From the human T2T-CHM13v2.0 reference genome, Homo sapiens, in the NCBI RefSeq assembly GCF_009914755.1, contig NC_060938.1: a stretch of DNA of 64,000 bases, one strand, 5' to 3'. The position numbers were made by a program, and so were the translations under genes. Under the pieces are notes generated by a model, which saw nothing but the letters and a program-made list of their open reading frames with translations, ran no database searches and had not been told where the DNA came from. This document shows positions 1-17,587 of the stretch, one piece after another; position 1 is the first letter of the stretch; each line of letters opens with the position of its first letter.

Positions 1-100
1 TTTTAAATCCCACAGATAAGTGAGAACATGCAATGTTTGTCTTTCTTGCCTGGCTTATTTCACTTAGTGTAATGATCTCCAGTTCCATCCATGCTGTTGC

Positions 101-705
101 TCTAACCCAAAAGCATGTGAGACGGGTCTCAATCAATTTAGAAAGTTTATTTCCCAAGGTTAACAACATATCTGTGACACAGCCTCAGGAGGTCCTGACA
201 ACATGTGCCCAAGGTAGCTGGGGAACAGGTTGCTTATATACAGTTTAGGGAAACATAATACATCAATCAATACATGTAAGATTTACAGTGGTTTGATCTG
301 GAATGGCAGTACAACTTGAAGGGGAGCTTCCAGATCATAGGTAGATTAAAAAATTTTCTGATTGGCAATTGTTTATCAATAGAAAGCAATATCTGGGGTA
401 TAATAAGGGGTTGTGGAGGCCAAAGTTTTATCATACAGATGAAGCCTCCACATAGCAGGCTTCAGAGAGAATAGATTGTAAATGTTTTTATCAGACTGAA
501 AATATGTGTTGATGTTAATGCCAGTCAGCCCTTAAATTCCAAAAGGGAAATCCAAAAGGGAGGGGGGTATAAATGAGGCATGTCCAATCACCCCTTCCCA
601 TTGTGGCCCGAACTATTTTTTCAGGTTAACTTCGGAATGCCCTTGGCTGAGAGAAGGGGTCCATTCAGATGGTTGGAGGCCTGAGAATTTTGTTTTTGGT
701 TTATA
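101..705 (-). mobile_element. ERV1 solo LTR (MER4A-like) inserted in an antisense L1 3' end
   Basis: MER4-type termini; 4-bp TSD ttgc/ttac; L1 sequence at 1-100 resumes at ~706-737. Confidence 0.75.
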
Positions 706-1159
706 TTACAAATGACAGGATCTCATTCTTTTTTGAAGCCATGATGTTCTTATTCCACAGTACAGAGATGCTCAGGGACTTGCCAGGTGAGTGTGAAGTT
801 GCTATATTTTAAATGGTTGAGTATGGAAATTGTGACATGGCACAGAGTTTTGCTTTTCATTCACCATTTTATCTTTCAATATCCAGAACAAAAGGTGAAC
901 TTCCTTTTGTAAGCATATCTTCTTGCATACTTACTGCTCTTTCAACTTGGTAATTTTAAAGTAGTTTCCCTGGAGTCAGCACTCTGTGCTGATTATTTTC
1001 TCTCCTTTTTAAGTGCTTCATTTAGGAAGGAGGAGATTTATTAGGATGCTGGATGGCTTAGAACAATGGCATGCTCATGTACAGTCTAGTAACCTTGTCA
1101 GGAAAACTGAAGAAAGGAGAGTGAATAACTCAAATTCCTTAGTAGTTTTTACAGAACTA

Positions 1160-1453
<294 letters not shown>

Positions 1454-4400
1454 GTAAAGAACTATTAAGGAGGAACAAAATGCTAGGTCTACTTGGAAAG
1501 TCCTATTTATTTTTTGTTTTTCCCACTTATAAAGACCAATTCTTATTCTTTTGATTCTTAAATTCTGCAAATCCACATTATAAATCTTCAAAATTGATGA
1601 AATAGTAACTTTTGCCAATTCTTCCAAATGATGTTATTTTAGTTTTTACTCTTATTCCAGTTTCATATGGTTGTACAGTTGGAATATTAGAAACGAATTC
1701 TTATCTGTTTAACACTGCCATAATTAAGTGTGTGCAAAATTTAGCAATGTCTGGCCCCTGAAGACATTCTAATTAAGTATTGTAATGGGAATAAAAAGGT
1801 CGAAGGGCATGTGATAGATATATGACTTCTCCTGGTTAGGAAGAAAAAAAATGTACAAACACTTTTTAAGCTTCTTACTTGAAGCCTTTAAGGTTAATAA
1901 TGACTTGAAGAAACGTAAAGAGAAAGAGGAGGAGGAGGGTTGGGCTTTTTTGTTGTGTACCTCCTGATGCTGTCATGAGTAAGAGGAATAGGAATTTGAA
2001 GATATAGATAATAATAGTGGATTGTTTCCAGTGATTTACCTAAGCCAAAGGGGACACCAGTAGGGATCAGCATTATTTTTCAGGTCATAGTGTTATGGCT
2101 ATTTGTGGTATATACCTTTGGGGGATTTCTGGAAATGAAGTAAGATATATAAAATTATTGATAAGAAATATATACTTATTTAAAGTCTTGTTCTTCAGAT
2201 TATATTCTCTACTGTCCCCAAGAGACTGATGATCTTCATAAGACTTAAAAACACAGCTAAGTCCTGTGTTCCAGAATGACTGCAAGCAGGTACTTTATAC
2301 ACTACATATGAGAAGGACAAATGGCAATTTCTTTCAATTCCAAACTGAAGCTCAGTACCGAGGAAATATAACTGCTGGCACCAAGAACCTCAAGCACCTG
2401 GAAATGCATTTTCTGCTCTCACACCAACAACCTTGTTTGAGATGTCAGAATAGTTCTATTGATATGATTGTTTTATAAATGTAAAGAACTTTATATAATA
2501 TAGATATTAAGGAGAAGGTAGAAATATTTAACTTCTAACACAATTATATTTGCCATATGAGGAGACTGTAACATTTTAAACAATATTATATTATTTCTAT
2601 CTCTTGATATCAATAAATACATAAATGTAAAGTTTCAAATTTTAAAAAATAAATAAAACATTACAGACAAAATTGCCATCTCTTTTATTTTTTTCCTCAG
2701 TTTTAATGCCTTCATCCCTCTCTCAAAATAAACCTATTATGAACTTTTTTCTCAACTCCATGTTTTCATATTTCCAAACATAGATTTTTTAAACAATCTG
2801 TGGTGCTGTGTTTTGTGTTTTTAAAATTTACATGAATGTAATCCAATTGTATGTGTAATTGTGAAACTTGATTTCTTCCCTCAAATATTTTTCAGATATA
2901 GAAAAATTTATATATGTAGTATATTTCATTTCTTTTAGCTGATACATACTATTCCATTTTATGGATATACTATATGTCCCTTTTGATGCACATTGGATTG
3001 TACATTTACAAAGCTCAATAGGCCACGTAAGTATTGGTTTCCCTCATACCCTGAGTGTTTTCAAGAGGAGTCCTTTCAGCTGTCTATACAGTTCACAGAT
3101 TACTCTTTTTGCAATGCCTCCCTCCCCTCCTCCCACGTCAAGTGCTAAGGTGCGAGGGAATAAGACCGAACAGGCCATCCAGACTTAGAAACCCCATACC
3201 CCAAATAGAAACCGGTATCTCCTGTAACAGTTATAAAAGTCACTGCTCCAGAACTATGACATCTTAAAAAGTATTCACAGTCCATTCACAGTTCAGATGC
3301 AGTTTATCAGTCAGGATCATTTTTACCATAACCATCTTACTTGGTAATCCAGCTGACGTTCTACCTTTATTGGATTTCCAGAAAAATAGAGATTAGAAAG
3401 TTAATCTAATTTTTTTCATGTGGAAGGAGAAAAGATTTTGTTAATCCTTTATTCAATGAGTGTTTCTGATCTTTTATTATAAAAATTCTACAAGGAATAC
3501 AATTATGTTTCCTTATACATAGATATAGAATGTTTTATGTTATACACCTGGAAGTGGCATTTGCTGGGTTATATGATTCACATCTTTAACAACGTACTTG
3601 CAATTGCCGAATTGCTCTTGAAATATTCTTACCTATTTTTCCCTCATTAGTAGCACAGAAGAATTCCTGTCTCTTTACACCCTTGCAAACACTTATTATT
3701 TCTTATATAACATCCTGCCCTCTCTATCTGTGTTTCCTGCATTTCTCAAGTAAAGTACGTATAGTCATTTTTTCAAGATTTGCTTCTGGAAGAACCCAAT
3801 ATAAGAGATCTGGTACAGAAGTGGTCATAGAGAACAAATACATAGAATGAGATTTTGGAATTAAATTATTCATGGCCAGAAGGGAACAAGGATCCCATTA
3901 TTAGCAGTAGGTGCAGTGGTAATAGAGATGCTAAAAGATCATAGCATCACAATTATTAATTGTGGTGAATTGGCATGGGATTCATGTGTAAGTTGTTGCA
4001 GTAGCTTATGCGATATACTTAGCATTTGAGAAGTATTGTGATAATGGTAATTTTATGTGCTATGGAGCTGGCTATTTATTGTCAAGTGCCATCAGGGAAG
4101 AGCAATAACAAAATGGAACCAGCTAAGACCACTGCATATTTCAACATCTCTATTCAATGGTGATCTTTGGAAGACAATGGCTGCTGCTTCCCATCTGCCT
4201 TTCAAATCTTGTGTAAATGCTCTTTTGTATTCAGAAGGGGATTCTGGGCACTGTATTTTCCAGTGCAGCTACATCAACAATAGAACAATCCAACATAGAA
4301 AGCCAAGAGCCAAGTTCACTGGTGTGCTACTTAGTTCACCAGTGTGCTATGTTGCACATTGTCAACTGGGCTTCTTTCTCGTCCCCTTTAATATATTCCC

Positions 4401-5900
4401 TTGCTTTGCTAGGGAAGAAACCCAAACTACAATTCACACAATCCCTTTCATTCACTTAGTTTTAATTCTACAAATGAGAGGCATTTGGGAATAATATCAG
4501 GCAAGTAGAAAAGAAAGAGAAACCATTATTCTTCTGTAGGGACTGTATGCAGGCAGCTCAGATTACCAGCTGTGAGGACTTTGTTTGACTTCTGGGTTTC
4601 TTCCTAAGAATCACTCATTCTGGTGTCACAGGCAGCTGGATGATGCATCACACCTCAAAATTTCCTGTAATCAGTCTTTCTCATCTTTGTTCATTAGCTC
4701 CTCCAATGGTTGTATGTCTAATTTTGTGTATTAAATCTTACTTTTTAAAAGAGTTTTAAAAATAACTTTTACTTTAGAAAGTTAATATGTGCATTATAGA
4801 AAGCTGAGAAACACAATAAGCAAAGAACAAAGTCATTCACCATCACAAGCACTTTATAGTTTGATGTGTCCTTCTGGGTCCTGTGTATGTATATAGACAA
4901 CATCCAATTTTATGTGTGATTGAGATCATACAGTATATATGATGTTTTTTCACACATCATGAATATTTACCAGTTCAAAATCCCAAGGCTATATGAGCAT
5001 TTTGATAACAAGGAATATACCACATCAACTCAATCTGTTAGAAAAAAAGTAATCCTGCCTTTCTTGGGGACAAAAATTTCAAAGAAGACAAAAATGGAAA
5101 CAGGCCTCTAGGTTAAAAGTACCGTCAGAGTTACAATTAAAATACCACATTCCCTTTAATGGTCAATTTAAAAAGAGATGTAAAGCAACAGAGTATACTA
5201 AGTATAATGTTTCTAAGAGAATTCTTTTTCTGATCTGTACTATTAAATATTAGCAAGAAGGTATGTTTTCATTGCATTACTTAGTGTATTCCTATAGTAC
5301 AGCCAAAAGAGATGCACATACATCAATAGCTATTATCAAAATGTAAATATAAATATATCTGCATACACCTGTCCCTTTATACTTCCTTCTGCCCTTCAGC
5401 TGCCAATCTACTGAACACATCCTGATACATACACTGCTCAGAGGTGGTTTAACAACAATTCCATGTCCAAGGTGCAGCTTTTCTATCAAGCATAAAAAAT
5501 ACATTTACAAAGTAGCTAATCCACCAGCTCTACTTTTTCTCATACGTTGTCACCTCAGGGCATCTATAAAGCTTAGATGTTGCAAAATAAAGACTGAACT
5601 TTATCCACAATAAACACAGGCAGGTTACAGAAAATGCATATATAAATCTATGGTTAAATCCAAAAAAGTCACCTAAGTATGGAGATATTAGCAAAGAGGC
5701 CTTCCCTCCATCCTTCCTCTTCTTTCACCATTCTAGTGACTAAGTGCCTGATTACATCCAGCTCCAAAAGAAGGATTAACAAAGGTCACTGCCAGTAGAT
5801 AGGCCTTCTTAAAAATGAACAAAAGGACTTTTAGAAAGGCGTTAGTTTACTACCTCTACCTTTAACATACTTTGGGCATTAGGACTTGTTTATCTTTTAA

Positions 5901-6286
<386 letters not shown>

Positions 6287-6989
6287 CTAATCTAACTTAC
6301 AGGCACAAAGCTTCTCTCTGCATACTTCCTTTTCTCCCTATCTCCCAGCATACAATGAACAGTCAGCAACCTCTCTAAGACATCAAGTTTAACAGTTCCA
6401 TTCCCCAAATGCAGCTAGTCCTGTGAAATCACAAAAAATACTCAAAGAGTGTCACTTTAGCTGTCTTAATGTACATACTTTAACATATGTTATGTACACT
6501 TTGAAATATCTAGAAAGACTAGATTTTCATATAAGAACTTAAGTTTTCCGTTATACACAGAGTAGCATTGAATTAACTACTAATGCTATAATGTGATAGA
6601 GTTAGTTTACTAACTCTATACCTTTGTCATACACTGGTAACCTCTTTAGCATCTAGAAAGACTAGATATAAATTAGGATTAATTTGTCCTTTATATACAC
6701 TATATACACAGATAAGGAAAACAAAATGCACAGACGTAAGAGACAATGGCTAATGTTGCCTCATTGTAAGCACATTGCCACAGAACTCTTTACACTTCCT
6801 TCTCCTCCCAGGAGCCAGCACACAAACATAATGTGTATTACTCAAGAGGTGGTTTGGCCATTCCCCTCTCCAGCCCCCAGTCAACATTTCATATGAATTT
6901 TAAGAAACAGATATTTAAAAAATTTGTTATTTTCTACCTCTACTTTTGACAGCTATGAAGCACTTTAGAACATCAAGAAAGGCAAGATA

Positions 6990-8673
<1,684 letters not shown>

Positions 8674-8999
8674 AAGAAAGACAAGATATTTCAAAAAAAT
8701 TCTTAGCATTGTCAACAGTATATACAGTAGTGAGGAATAAAATGCGCACATAAAGCAGTGGTTATAATATGAAAATGTCTCCTAAGCATGACCAGTCTGG
8801 AAAAGAACCTTCTCTTCATTCTCACTGCCTTCTGCTCCATGGCCTCTAACCCACTGAATGAACGTGGTGGTGTGTTGCTCCTGGAGTCACTTCTACAGCT
8901 CGTCTAACAACTTTCGTTTCAAAGAGTCATTTCCAGAAGGCGTTTGCTTTCTACGATTTTTTAAAAGAACAAATGGGCATTTACAAGACGTGATTTTCT

Positions 9000-9287
<288 letters not shown>

Positions 9288-10065
9288 GACGTGTGATTTT
9301 CTAACTATTATACGTCAGCAACCTTTTAAAATCTAGAATGGCTAGGTAGAGCAAAAATTTTCTTTTAAAAGGTTGAGGGAAAAGTTGAGAGCAGCTTTTT
9401 CATATTATTTACCTGGGCCTTCTATAAAGGCCAGTAAATCCTCCCAAATGGTGGGGGGCATTTCCAGTCCACCAAATGTGGCATGTGATTTCTCTCTTTG
9501 GATATCAAGGTCTGGTAGAACAAACGGCAACCACCCAATGGCCTGCTAACCACTCCACCTGTCCTTGTGGGGGCTCTGCTCACCTTCTAGGCCCTTTTAG
9601 GCCTTTGTCCATCATTTCTGGCATTTTTGGGAGGAGGTAAGGTCTTGTCTAACTGGGACAAAGTGGTCAGCCCGGGACCCGCATGTGTGCAACTCCATGG
9701 CATAATGAAGTTCCTGAGCTTGTGTCTCTAGGCCCACCTTCTTGGGTTCTGCAAACTACTGCAGCCCTCAGCGCCTTCTGGCGGCCGCCATTCTTCTTCC
9801 TCTGCGACATCCATTTCCTCCCAAAGGCACGGTGTCCTCCGCAGCTCGGTGAGGGCTTCGCCAAGGCGCAGCAGGATTTCTAGATGTTCTAAAGTGCTTT
9901 ATAGCCCAGCGAGGTCTGGGCCCAGAGAGGCTGCCGCCATCAGCTCACTGAAGTGGGGAGAGAAGGAGGTTTGCAGGGCCCCAGCTCACCTGCCTCTCAG
10001 TGCGCTGCTTCTCACCACATTGTCTGCCTGAACTCTAAATGTCTTTCTACTGAAAATATTTGGAT

Positions 10066-10609
10066 TGTTTTATGAGGAGACCGAGGACCACCTCGTGGCC
10101 ATCAAGCAGATCATCCAGAGGCAAAACTCCTTGTCTGAGGAATTCAGAAGTAATTATTAATCGACGTCCCTATTATCAAAAGCAGGCATCTAGTACCGGG
10201 CTTCTTTCCCAAAAATGTATAAGTAACTAGAATTTCTACACATCTCTGGAGTGCATGTATGTTGAAACTTATTGTGCAGCCCTTGCTGACATCAAAGCAC
10301 CAAAATGTCTACAAATGTAATCATTTATCCTGACCTAGGTGGCTAATATGGTCCAAATTACCCTTAAGCTCCTGCTTTAAGGTTCATAAATGCTCCTAAG
10401 GAAAAATCCACGGTGGCTTGCTCAGTCCGCTCTTGCTGAAGCGCCCTGCTGCACTCCTCTGCAGCACTGGTTCTAATAAAGCTTTCCTTTTCAAACCCAC
10501 ACTGTTGTGGGTAAATTCTTATTACCATGAGCCAATCACTTTCCGTTGCTGTGGCGCTGACACCTCGCCCAGCATTTCTGTTTGCCGGACTGCCTCTCGA
10601 CTGACAACA
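10066..10609 (+). mobile_element. ERV1-class solo LTR (LTR9-like)
   Basis: TG...CA ends, TATA-like cataaa and AATAAA, LTR9-like GGCAAAACTCCTTGTCTGAGGAATT motif; subfamily tentative. Confidence 0.6.
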
Positions 10610-10795
10610 GATCTGTATAAATTCAAGTCCTTGAAGCGGAGCTTCTGAGGCTTGCAGTCAGACCATTTGGATAAATCTAGTATCAGCTGGGAATTTGCTT
10701 AAGCATTTTTTCATTGATTACACAGTTCTACCGTATTTCACTCAAATCTACTGCTACAGTTCTTCTATGGTATTCATCTCCTTTTGAAATCATGG

Positions 10796-11210
10796 TGATA
10801 TGGCTTGGACCTGTGTCCCCACCCAAATCTCATGTTCAATTGTAATTCCCAGTGTTGCAGGTGGGGCCTGGTGGGAGGCGGTTGGATTACTGGGGTGGGC
10901 CATTCATGAATGGTTTAACACCATTCCCTTGGTTCTGTTCTTGAAATAGTGAGTGAGTTCTTGTGAGATCTGGTTGTTTAAAAGTGTGTGGCACCTTCCT
11001 GCCCTCTCTCTCTTGCTCCTGTTTCTGCCATTTAAGATGCCGTGCTTCAGGTTTGCCTTTCACCATGATTGGAAGCTTCCCGAGGCTCCCAGAAGCAGAA
11101 GCCTCTATGCTTCCTGCACAGTCTGCAGAATCATGAGCCAATTAAACCTCTTTTCTTTATAAATTACTGAGTCTCAGGTATCTATAGCAATGCAAGAATA
11201 GACCAATACA
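10796..11210 (+). mobile_element. MaLR solo LTR (MST-type)
   Basis: TGATATGGCTTGG...CCAATACA; 5-bp TSD catgg/cctgg. Confidence 0.85.
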
Positions 11211-13122
11211 CCTGGTGTGGAAAATAGATTCCCTCAAAAGAATGGAGGGTTGTTACAATACTAAGGACAAGGTTTCCGTGGAAAAAGTAAAGAAAGTTAG
11301 GAACAGTGAAACTGCTTGCTCTATATTTCTGTTTAGACTTCAGGTAGAGTCAGTTAGATGAATGGGCCAAAAGAACCAGGAAAAGGAGGAAGATGCAGCT
11401 TGATCACAGAGATCTGACACAGGGTAAGAGGGAAAAGGAGGAGAGCCTTTGTATAGAGCCAAATAATATCCAGATCTAAATTTTCTTCCCAAGTTTAGAG
11501 TTTGTTAACATTTACACCTTGCTGCAGAACCATGTAGCTGCTGTCTCTGAATTCATGGAGAGTGAATATTCCAGGAAGCACAATGGAAGGCGTCCAGGTT
11601 CAAAGATAAATGGTAGTGGGGCTGACAGAAAAACAGCATCCTTCTTACCAAGTTTGTCCTGGGAACATCCAGAGATTTTTATTATAAGTCGACTAAACAA
11701 GAATAGTGAGAGTTAACAGCAATTGTTTTAGCTACTGTGACTTCAGTACTACCATGAAAGGAGAATCTGTGAGGATTGGAGTTTTTTCCTCATTCTCATC
11801 CCACAAGTGCTTCACTGATACCTTGTCTGTCTGCTTAGGTCAGTGTTCTCAAAGATTATTTTGTGAATGTGTATAACACTGGCTGTATGACAAACACCTG
11901 AGGAGATTTTTAACTTCCAGGATCTTGATTCTGAACATTTTGATTTTGTAAGTGAGGAGATCTCCAAATCTGTATTTTAAAGATGATCACCAACTAACTC
12001 TTACATGAAGAGAAGTGTCATCCTTGCTATGATTCTATACATCAGCAGACATGTCTCTACCAATCCTAGAAGCTGAGATGGGCTTTTTCTTTGGTCTTTT
12101 GAGGCAAATCCAAATTATTTAAGTATCTTATCCCGTGGTAAAAATAACTATTGGTCAATAGTATTGGTGGATGGACATATGTAGGGGGTATATAATCAAG
12201 GCTAAATTTCCATTAAAAGGTTAGTATCACAACACTTTGCCTCATGCACATAGGCCAGTCACATTATCTGGGAATCATTTCTTCTCCTACAGGAGAAGAA
12301 AGTGATGCCAGATAATTTTGTAGGGATTTAATGACTTTAGTTACTATATTTTTTCATTATAAGAGTTATATATTCTTTACTTTTTAATCAATATATACAC
12401 AAGATATAATTTCCTTTTTTCTTTGAAAAGAATTTATTAATTGGAAATTACAATTAATTTATTTCTGTAATTGATGCCTTAAATGTGAAGCAATATGATA
12501 TTTCAAGTAGTAACAATTCCTCAACCAAAGACCATTCATTTATTCATGCATTTGTGTATTTAAGAAGTGTTTCCTAACCACCTGCTGAGTGTTTGACATT
12601 GTACTAGGTATGGGAATACAGCAGTGAAAAAAAGCTTAAGTCTCTCTCATCTCAAATAATCTACTAATGTTTAAACATGTGCTACTGACATTCCTCTGGT
12701 TTTATCCTAAAAAAGTGCTAATACGGTATTTTAGTGGATCATGGGTTGGGCAAAGGTGGCTAAATAAGAAAAGGTAAAATGAATTATTCTCAGAAATGCC
12801 ATGGTATGAAAAGAACTTGCAAGTCAGACAGTGTGCTGTTAAAAAAAACAGAGTTATAAAAAAGACCAACTATTCTTTAGATATACAAAGAACTATCAGA
12901 CAGCTAATAGGTGTCTTAGAAAAAAAAAAAAGCCAGAAGTGAAGATACAGGATTGACTTTTGAAAGAACAGTCAACAATCCTTTGAGTTTAGGATCTTGC
13001 CCACAAAGGGGTGCATCTTCCTAATACATTCACATTTCCTGCTCACGCTCATTTCTTCAGTGTGACCTTAACTTTTCCTCACACTAAGAAGACAAGACCC
13101 AAGGGCACCAGAGGGTCTAAAA

Positions 13123-13598
13123 ATGAATTCTTCTCCAGGACCAGCGATTGCACTATTCTTAATGTTTGGTAAGTAAAATGGCACTTAAAACTTAGAATCT
13201 TTTGTTCCATTATGTTGATGTAATCTGTAACCACAGTTTTCTCTAACGGGTACAGCTCAGATCACGTCTAAGGTAACTTGGTATAATTTGTTTATTTTTT
13301 TTTCAGGGGGAATCAATGGAGATTCAGTGGTCCAGACAGAAGGCCAAGTGCTCCCCTCTGAAGGGGATTCCCTGATTGTGAACTGCTCCTATGAAACCAC
13401 ACAGTACCCTTCCCTTTTTTGGTATGTCCAATATCCTGGAGAAGGTCCACAGCTCCACCTGAAAGCCATGAAGGCCAATGACAAGGGAAGGAACAAAGGT
13501 TTTGAAGCCATGTACCGTAAAGAAACCACTTCTTTCCACTTGGAGAAAGACTCAGTTCAAGAGTCAGACTCCGCTGTGTACTTCTGTGCTCTGAGTGA
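13123..13598 (+). CDS. TRAV9-1: T-cell receptor alpha variable 9-1 (leader exon 13123-13168, V exon 13307-13598)
   Basis: ATG leader MNSSPGPAIALFLMF, donor GTAAGT at 13169, acceptor tttcAG ending 13306. V domain GDSVVQTEGQ...[18 protein letters not shown]...DSAVYFCALS has conserved Cys/Trp/Cys and is followed by an RSS. Confidence 0.96.
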
Positions 13599-13637
13599 CA
13601 CAGTGACAGGGACTGCAGGGGAAGCTGAGCACAAACT
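13599..13637 (+). other. 23-RSS of TRAV9-1
   Basis: CACAGTG + 23-nt spacer + GCACAAACT. Confidence 0.92.
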
Positions 13638-14132
13638 CTGAGCAGCATGAGGGGCCTGGCTGCTGAGTGTAAGCCACTGTGATCCCCTCTGGTTAGGGAC
13701 CAGGAACTACTCTACTATTGTTGCCCACCACCCACCCTAGGCACTCCTAGTGTGAAAGCCATCCAAATAAACTCTAAAACACTATAGAATAACTAAAAGT
13801 AAAAATACCTCACACCAGATGCTTTAACAATGAGAGTGAAAACAGAATGTCACCATAGTTCCTCAACCTTGTTTGAAATTTGTGATTTTAAAAGTATAAA
13901 ACCTTGAGATAAATGAAATGGTCTAGCTGCTCATCCCTGTATAAAATGTAGCCTCCTGACCTTGTCTCAGGCCATCCAAGGAAATAGTATGCTTACAGAC
14001 ACAGCTGTGACAGATGAGGTTGCAAATGCTTAATGCATACCTGAGTGGGGTATACATTCAGCTGGGGCAAGATGGGGTGATTTCTTAGGAAAGCTTCTGC
14101 CCAAGAAATAATAGGTTCTTAAAGAAAAAAAG

Positions 14133-17130
14133 AATTATAAATGGAAGAAGTCAAATTTTCCTTGTTTGCAGATGATATGATTTTATATTTGGAAAAACAT
14201 AGAGACTCCACAAAAAAACCTTAGAACTAAAAATTCAGTAAAGTTGCAAAATACAGAATCAACCTATAAAAATCAGTAGCATTTCTATATGTCAACAATA
14301 AACAACCCGAAAAAGAAATAAAAAAGTAATCGCATTTATGATAGCCATGAATAAAATTAAATAACTAGGGATTAACTTAACCGAAGAAGTGAAGATCTCT
14401 ATAATGAAAAGTATAAAACATTGATGAAAGAAATCGAAGAAAACACCAAAAAAAATACTCCGTGTTCATGGATTGTAAGAATTAATATTGATAAAATGTC
14501 CATACTACCCCAAACAGTCTACAGATTCAGTACAATCCCTAAAAAAATACCAATGACATTCTTCACAGAAATAGAAAAAAAATCCTAAAATTTATATGGA
14601 ACCACAAAAGACCCAGAATAGCCAAAGTTATCCTAAACAAAAAGAACAAAACTGGAAGAATAACTTTACCTGACTTTAAATTGTACTACAGAGCTATGGT
14701 ACATGAAAACAGCATGGTACTGTCATAAAATCAGATACATAGACCAATGGAACAGAATAGAGAACCCAGAAACAAATTCACATATCTACAGTGAACTCAT
14801 TTTTGACAAAGGTGCCAAGAACATACACTGGGGAAATGACAGTCTCTTCCATAAATGGTGCTGGGAAAACTGTATATCCATGTGCAGAAGGATGAAACTA
14901 GACCCCTGTCTTTCACCATATGCAAAAATAAAATCAAAATGGATTAAAGACTTAAATTTAGATCACAAACTCTGGAACTACTACAAGAAAACACTGGGGG
15001 AAATCTCCAGGACATTGGTCTGGGCAAACATTTCTTGAGCAATATCCCACAAGCACAGGCAACCAAAGTAAAAAGGGGCAAATGTTATCACATCAAGTTA
15101 AAATACCCTACACAGCGAAAGATACAATCAACAAAGTGAAAAGACAATACACAGAGTGGTGAAAAATATTTGCAAACTACCCATCTTACAAGGGATTAAT
15201 AACCAGAATATATGAGGAGCTCAAACAACTCTATAGGAAAAGATGAAATAATCTGATTAAAAAAACAGGTAAAGATTTACATAGACATTTCTCAAAAGAA
15301 GATGTACAAATTGTAAATGGGCATATGAAAGGGTTTTTGACATCATTGACCATCAGAGAAATGCAAATCAAAACTAAAACGAGATAGCATCTCATCCCAG
15401 TTAAAATGATTTACAAGAAAAAAACAAACAACCCCATCAAAAAGTGGGTGAAGGATATGAACAGACGCTTCTCAAAAGAAGACATTTATGCAGCCAAAAA
15501 ACACATGAAAAAATGCTCATCATCACTGGCCATCAGAGAAATGCAAATCAAAACTACAATGAGATACCATCTCACACCAGTTAGAATGGCAATCATTAAA
15601 AAGTCAGGAAACAACAGGTGCTGGAGAGGATGTGGAGAAATAGGAACACTTTTACACTGTTGGTGGGATTGTAAACTAGTTCAACCATTGGGGAAGTCAG
15701 TGTGGTGATTCCTCAGGGATCTAGAACTAGAAATACCATTTGACCCAGCCATCCCATTACTGGCTATATATCCAAAGGACTATAAATCATACTGCTATAA
15801 AGACACACACACACGTGTTTATTGTGGCACTATTCACAATAGCAAAGACTTGGAACTAAGCCAAATGTCCAACAATGATAGACTGGATTAAGAAAATGTG
15901 GCACATATACACCATGGAATATTATGCAGCCATAAAAAATGATGAGTTCATGTCCTTTGTTGGGACATGGATGAAGCTGGAAACCATAATTCTCAGCAAA
16001 CTATCGCAAAGACAAAAAGCCAAACACTGCATGTTCTCACTCATAGGTGGGAATTGAACAATGAGAACACATGGACACAGGAAGGGGAACATCACACACC
16101 GGAGACTGTTGTGGGTGGGGGAAGGGGGGAGGGATAGCATTAGGAGATATATCTAATGCTAAATGACGAGTTAATGGGTGCAGCACACCAACATGGCACA
16201 TGTATACATATGTAACAAACCTGCACGTTGTGCACATGTACCCTAAAACTTAAAGTATAATAATAATAAAATAAAATTAAAAAATAAAATGTCTTATATC
16301 CAAAAGACAGGCAATAACAAATGCTGGCCAAGATGTGAGGAAAAGGGAACCCTCGTACACTATCGATTGGAATATAAAATAGTACAATCACTATGGAGAA
16401 CAGTTTTAGTTTCCTCAAAAAACTAAAAATAGAGCTACTATGTGATCCAGCTGGGTATATACCCAAAGAAAGGAAATTAGTATATCAAGGAGATGTCTGT
16501 ACCCCCCGTTTGTTGCAGCACTGTTCACAATAGCTAAGATTTGGAAGCAACCTAAGTGTTCATCAACAGATGAATGGATAAAGAAAATGTGGTACATATA
16601 TGCAATAGTACCATTCAGCCATAAAAAAGAATGAGATTCTGTCATTTGCAACTACGTGGATGAAACTGGAGATCATTATGCTAAGTAAAATAAGCCAGGC
16701 ACAGAAAGACAAATATCACATGTTCTTACTTATTTGGGGGATCTAAAAATCAAAACAATTGAAATCAGGAACATAGAGAGTAGGAGGATGGTCTGAGGCT
16801 GCAAAGTAGTGGGGTGGGAGAGGGAGATGGGGATGGTTAATGGGTACCAAAAATTAGAAAGAATAAGACCCACCATTTGATAGCACAACAGGGTGACTAT
16901 AGTCAACAATAATTGTACATTTAAAAATAACTAAAAGAGTGTAATTGAATTATTTGCAACACAAAGGATAAATGCTTGAAGAGAAGGACACCCTATTCTC
17001 CATGACGTGACTAGTTCACATTGCATGCTTGTATCAAAACATCTCATGTACTCCATGATATATACACCTAGCATGCACCTCCAAAAAGTAAAAATAAAAA
17101 TAAGTAAAAATTTAAAAATCATTAATTAAA
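14133..17130 (+). mobile_element. Older L1 (L1MA/PB-type) 3' portion containing a nested younger L1PA (15409-16285)
   Basis: ORF2 peptides KTAWY...DQWNRIENPE; the nested copy has its own 3'UTR and tail and a taaaatg TSD. Confidence 0.9.
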
Positions 17131-17296
17131 AAAGAAATATAAGAAATAATGGAGAAGGAGAGAGTAGAACATGTGATCACATATATGGAAAAAGAAGATG
17201 GAACATTTCTTAGTTTCTATTTTGGGAAATTACATGACATGCATAGACTGGTTTTGCCCAAAAGATGAAACTAATCCCTAAAAAATATGACTCATG

Positions 17297-17587
<291 letters not shown>

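Noticed and set aside
8800-8900. Minus-strand peptide FIQWVRGHGAEGSENEE looks like an RNase H motif
   Set aside because: The frame has nearby stops and no other RNase H or RT motifs; likely chance.
9890-9904. TAAAGTGCTTTATAG resembles the 5' part of miR-20a
   Set aside because: No local precursor hairpin and the 3' half does not match; at most a seed-site coincidence.
12998-13017. CTCF-like CCACAAAGGGGTGC upstream of TRAV9-1
   Set aside because: Spacing does not fit the core consensus; too weak to call.
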